IMG/VR virus record: IMGVR_UViG_3300030106_002316
Coordinates: 1-56,106 of that record
Length of the DNA: 56,106 bases
From: a virus
Taxonomy: Duplodnaviria > Caudoviricetes
Strand: one strand, 5' to 3'
Shown here: positions 55,397 through 56,106 of the stretch, in pieces
Numbering within the stretch: position 1 is the first letter of the stretch
Layout: each line of letters begins with the position of its first letter
Program-made: the position numbers and the translations under genes
The notes under the pieces: generated by a model
What the model was told of the DNA's origin: nothing
The model's database searches: none
Seen by the model: only the letters and a program-made list of their open reading frames with translations

Positions 55397-56106
55397 AACA
55401 CATCAACCTTGTGATGACTGCGGGAGCAGTGATGCACTTGCAGTGAACGATGATGGAAGCTCGTTTTGCTTCTCTTGTGAAAGACATCGTAAATCTACGG
55501 ATGAACTCTTATTAGATGACGAAGAAGATGAAGAAGAAACAATGAAGCATAATCCCCGACACGCTTCTCATCTTAATGAAGGCGAGTTTATGGATTTGCC
55601 TGAACGTGGTATAACGAAAGAAACTTGTGAGGCTTACAATGTAACTATTGCGCCTAATGGTTATAAGCATTACTACCCTTATTATAATGAAGATAATGAG
55701 TTAATAGCGCAGAAACATAGGATATACACAAGCGACAATCAGAAAACATTTCAAACGATGGGAGATTGGGATCAAACTACGTTGTTTGGACAATCCATAT
55801 GCAGGAAAGGCGGTAAATACATTACATTATGCGAAGGCGAACTTGACGCTCTCGCTGCATATCAAATGCAAGGCTCCAAGTGGCCTGTTGTTTCTATAAA
55901 GAATGGTGCTGGAAATGCTGTTAAAGATGTACAAAGAGCTTTCGAGTTTCTCACTTCATATGATAACATTGTTGTATGTTTTGACAATGATAAGGCTGGT
56001 AAAAAAGCTGCTAAGAAAGTTGCTGAATTATTATCACCTAAAGCCAAGGTGATGCACCTTAACTTGAAAGATGCTAACGAGTATCTTATACAAGATAAGA
56101 TTGAGA
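55383..56106 (+). CDS. Primase-helicase N-terminal part (zinc finger plus TOPRIM), continues at position 1
   Basis: Manual translation MGYLKTHQPCDDCGSSDA...CFSC; EGELDALA; CFDND.AG; open to the window end. Confidence 0.92.
   Translation, partial: MGYLKTHQPCDDCGSSDALAVNDDGSSFCFSCERHRKSTDELLLDDEEDEEETMKHNPRHASHLNEGEFMDLPERGITKETCEAYNVTIAPNGYKHYYPYYNEDNELIAQKHRIYTSDNQKTFQTMGDWDQTTLFGQSICRKGGKYITLCEGELDALAAYQMQGSKWPVVSIKNGAGNAVKDVQRAFEFLTSYDNIVVCFDNDKAGKKAAKKVAELLSPKAKVMHLNLKDANEYLIQDKIE
56008..56105 (+). repeat. Terminal overlap, copy 2
   Basis: Identical to 1-98. Confidence 0.95.

Larger units (their letters stand above)
1..56106. mobile_element. Complete (circularly permuted assembly) tailed dsDNA bacteriophage genome, podovirus-like, T7-like replication arm plus HMO-2011-like morphogenesis arm
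   Basis: Terminase, portal, scaffold, capsid, tail, lysis and replication genes are all present; the ends overlap by 98 bp; no host housekeeping genes; no tape measure or sheath recognised. Confidence 0.93.

Noticed and set aside
56008-56106. 98-bp end repeat as a biological direct terminal repeat
   Set aside because: It lies inside the primase-helicase reading frame and has the size of an assembler k-mer overlap; best read as circular assembly, with the last base a variant or error

Overview
The window is an apparently complete, circularly assembled genome (about 56,007 bp; bases 1-98 recur at 56008-56105) of a tailed dsDNA podovirus-like phage. A marine proteobacterial host is likely, but that is inference. 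It has three blocks. (i) A plus-strand T7-like replication/nucleotide arm (50.5 kb through the junction to 5.26 kb): DNA methyltransferase, family A DNA polymerase, PD-(D/E)XK nucleases, SET-domain protein, SSB, primase-helicase, endonuclease I, DUF3310 and class II ribonucleotide reductase, with no phage RNA polymerase. (ii) A ~39 kb minus-strand late arm (44.2 to 5.4 kb): terminase, portal, scaffold, HMO-2011-like capsid, tail proteins, lectin-domain fibre, large ejection proteins and lysis genes. (iii) A minus-strand cluster of small putative early genes (50.4 to 45.0 kb). The most unusual signals are: a strand-polarised TGACA motif concentrated in the ~11 kb right of the non-coding 44.2-44.96 kb region, including two 15-bp-period arrays; a 793-aa late protein between terL and portal with a tyrosine-recombinase/topoisomerase-IB/protelomerase-like catalytic pattern; a short [FYM]xxGGx[VI] peptide motif shared by unrelated late proteins; a tandem RNA stem with an identical internal loop before the scaffold gene; and twin divergent consensus promoters, one of which fires into non-coding DNA. 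Product calls come from motif recognition by eye, and motif counts are manual.
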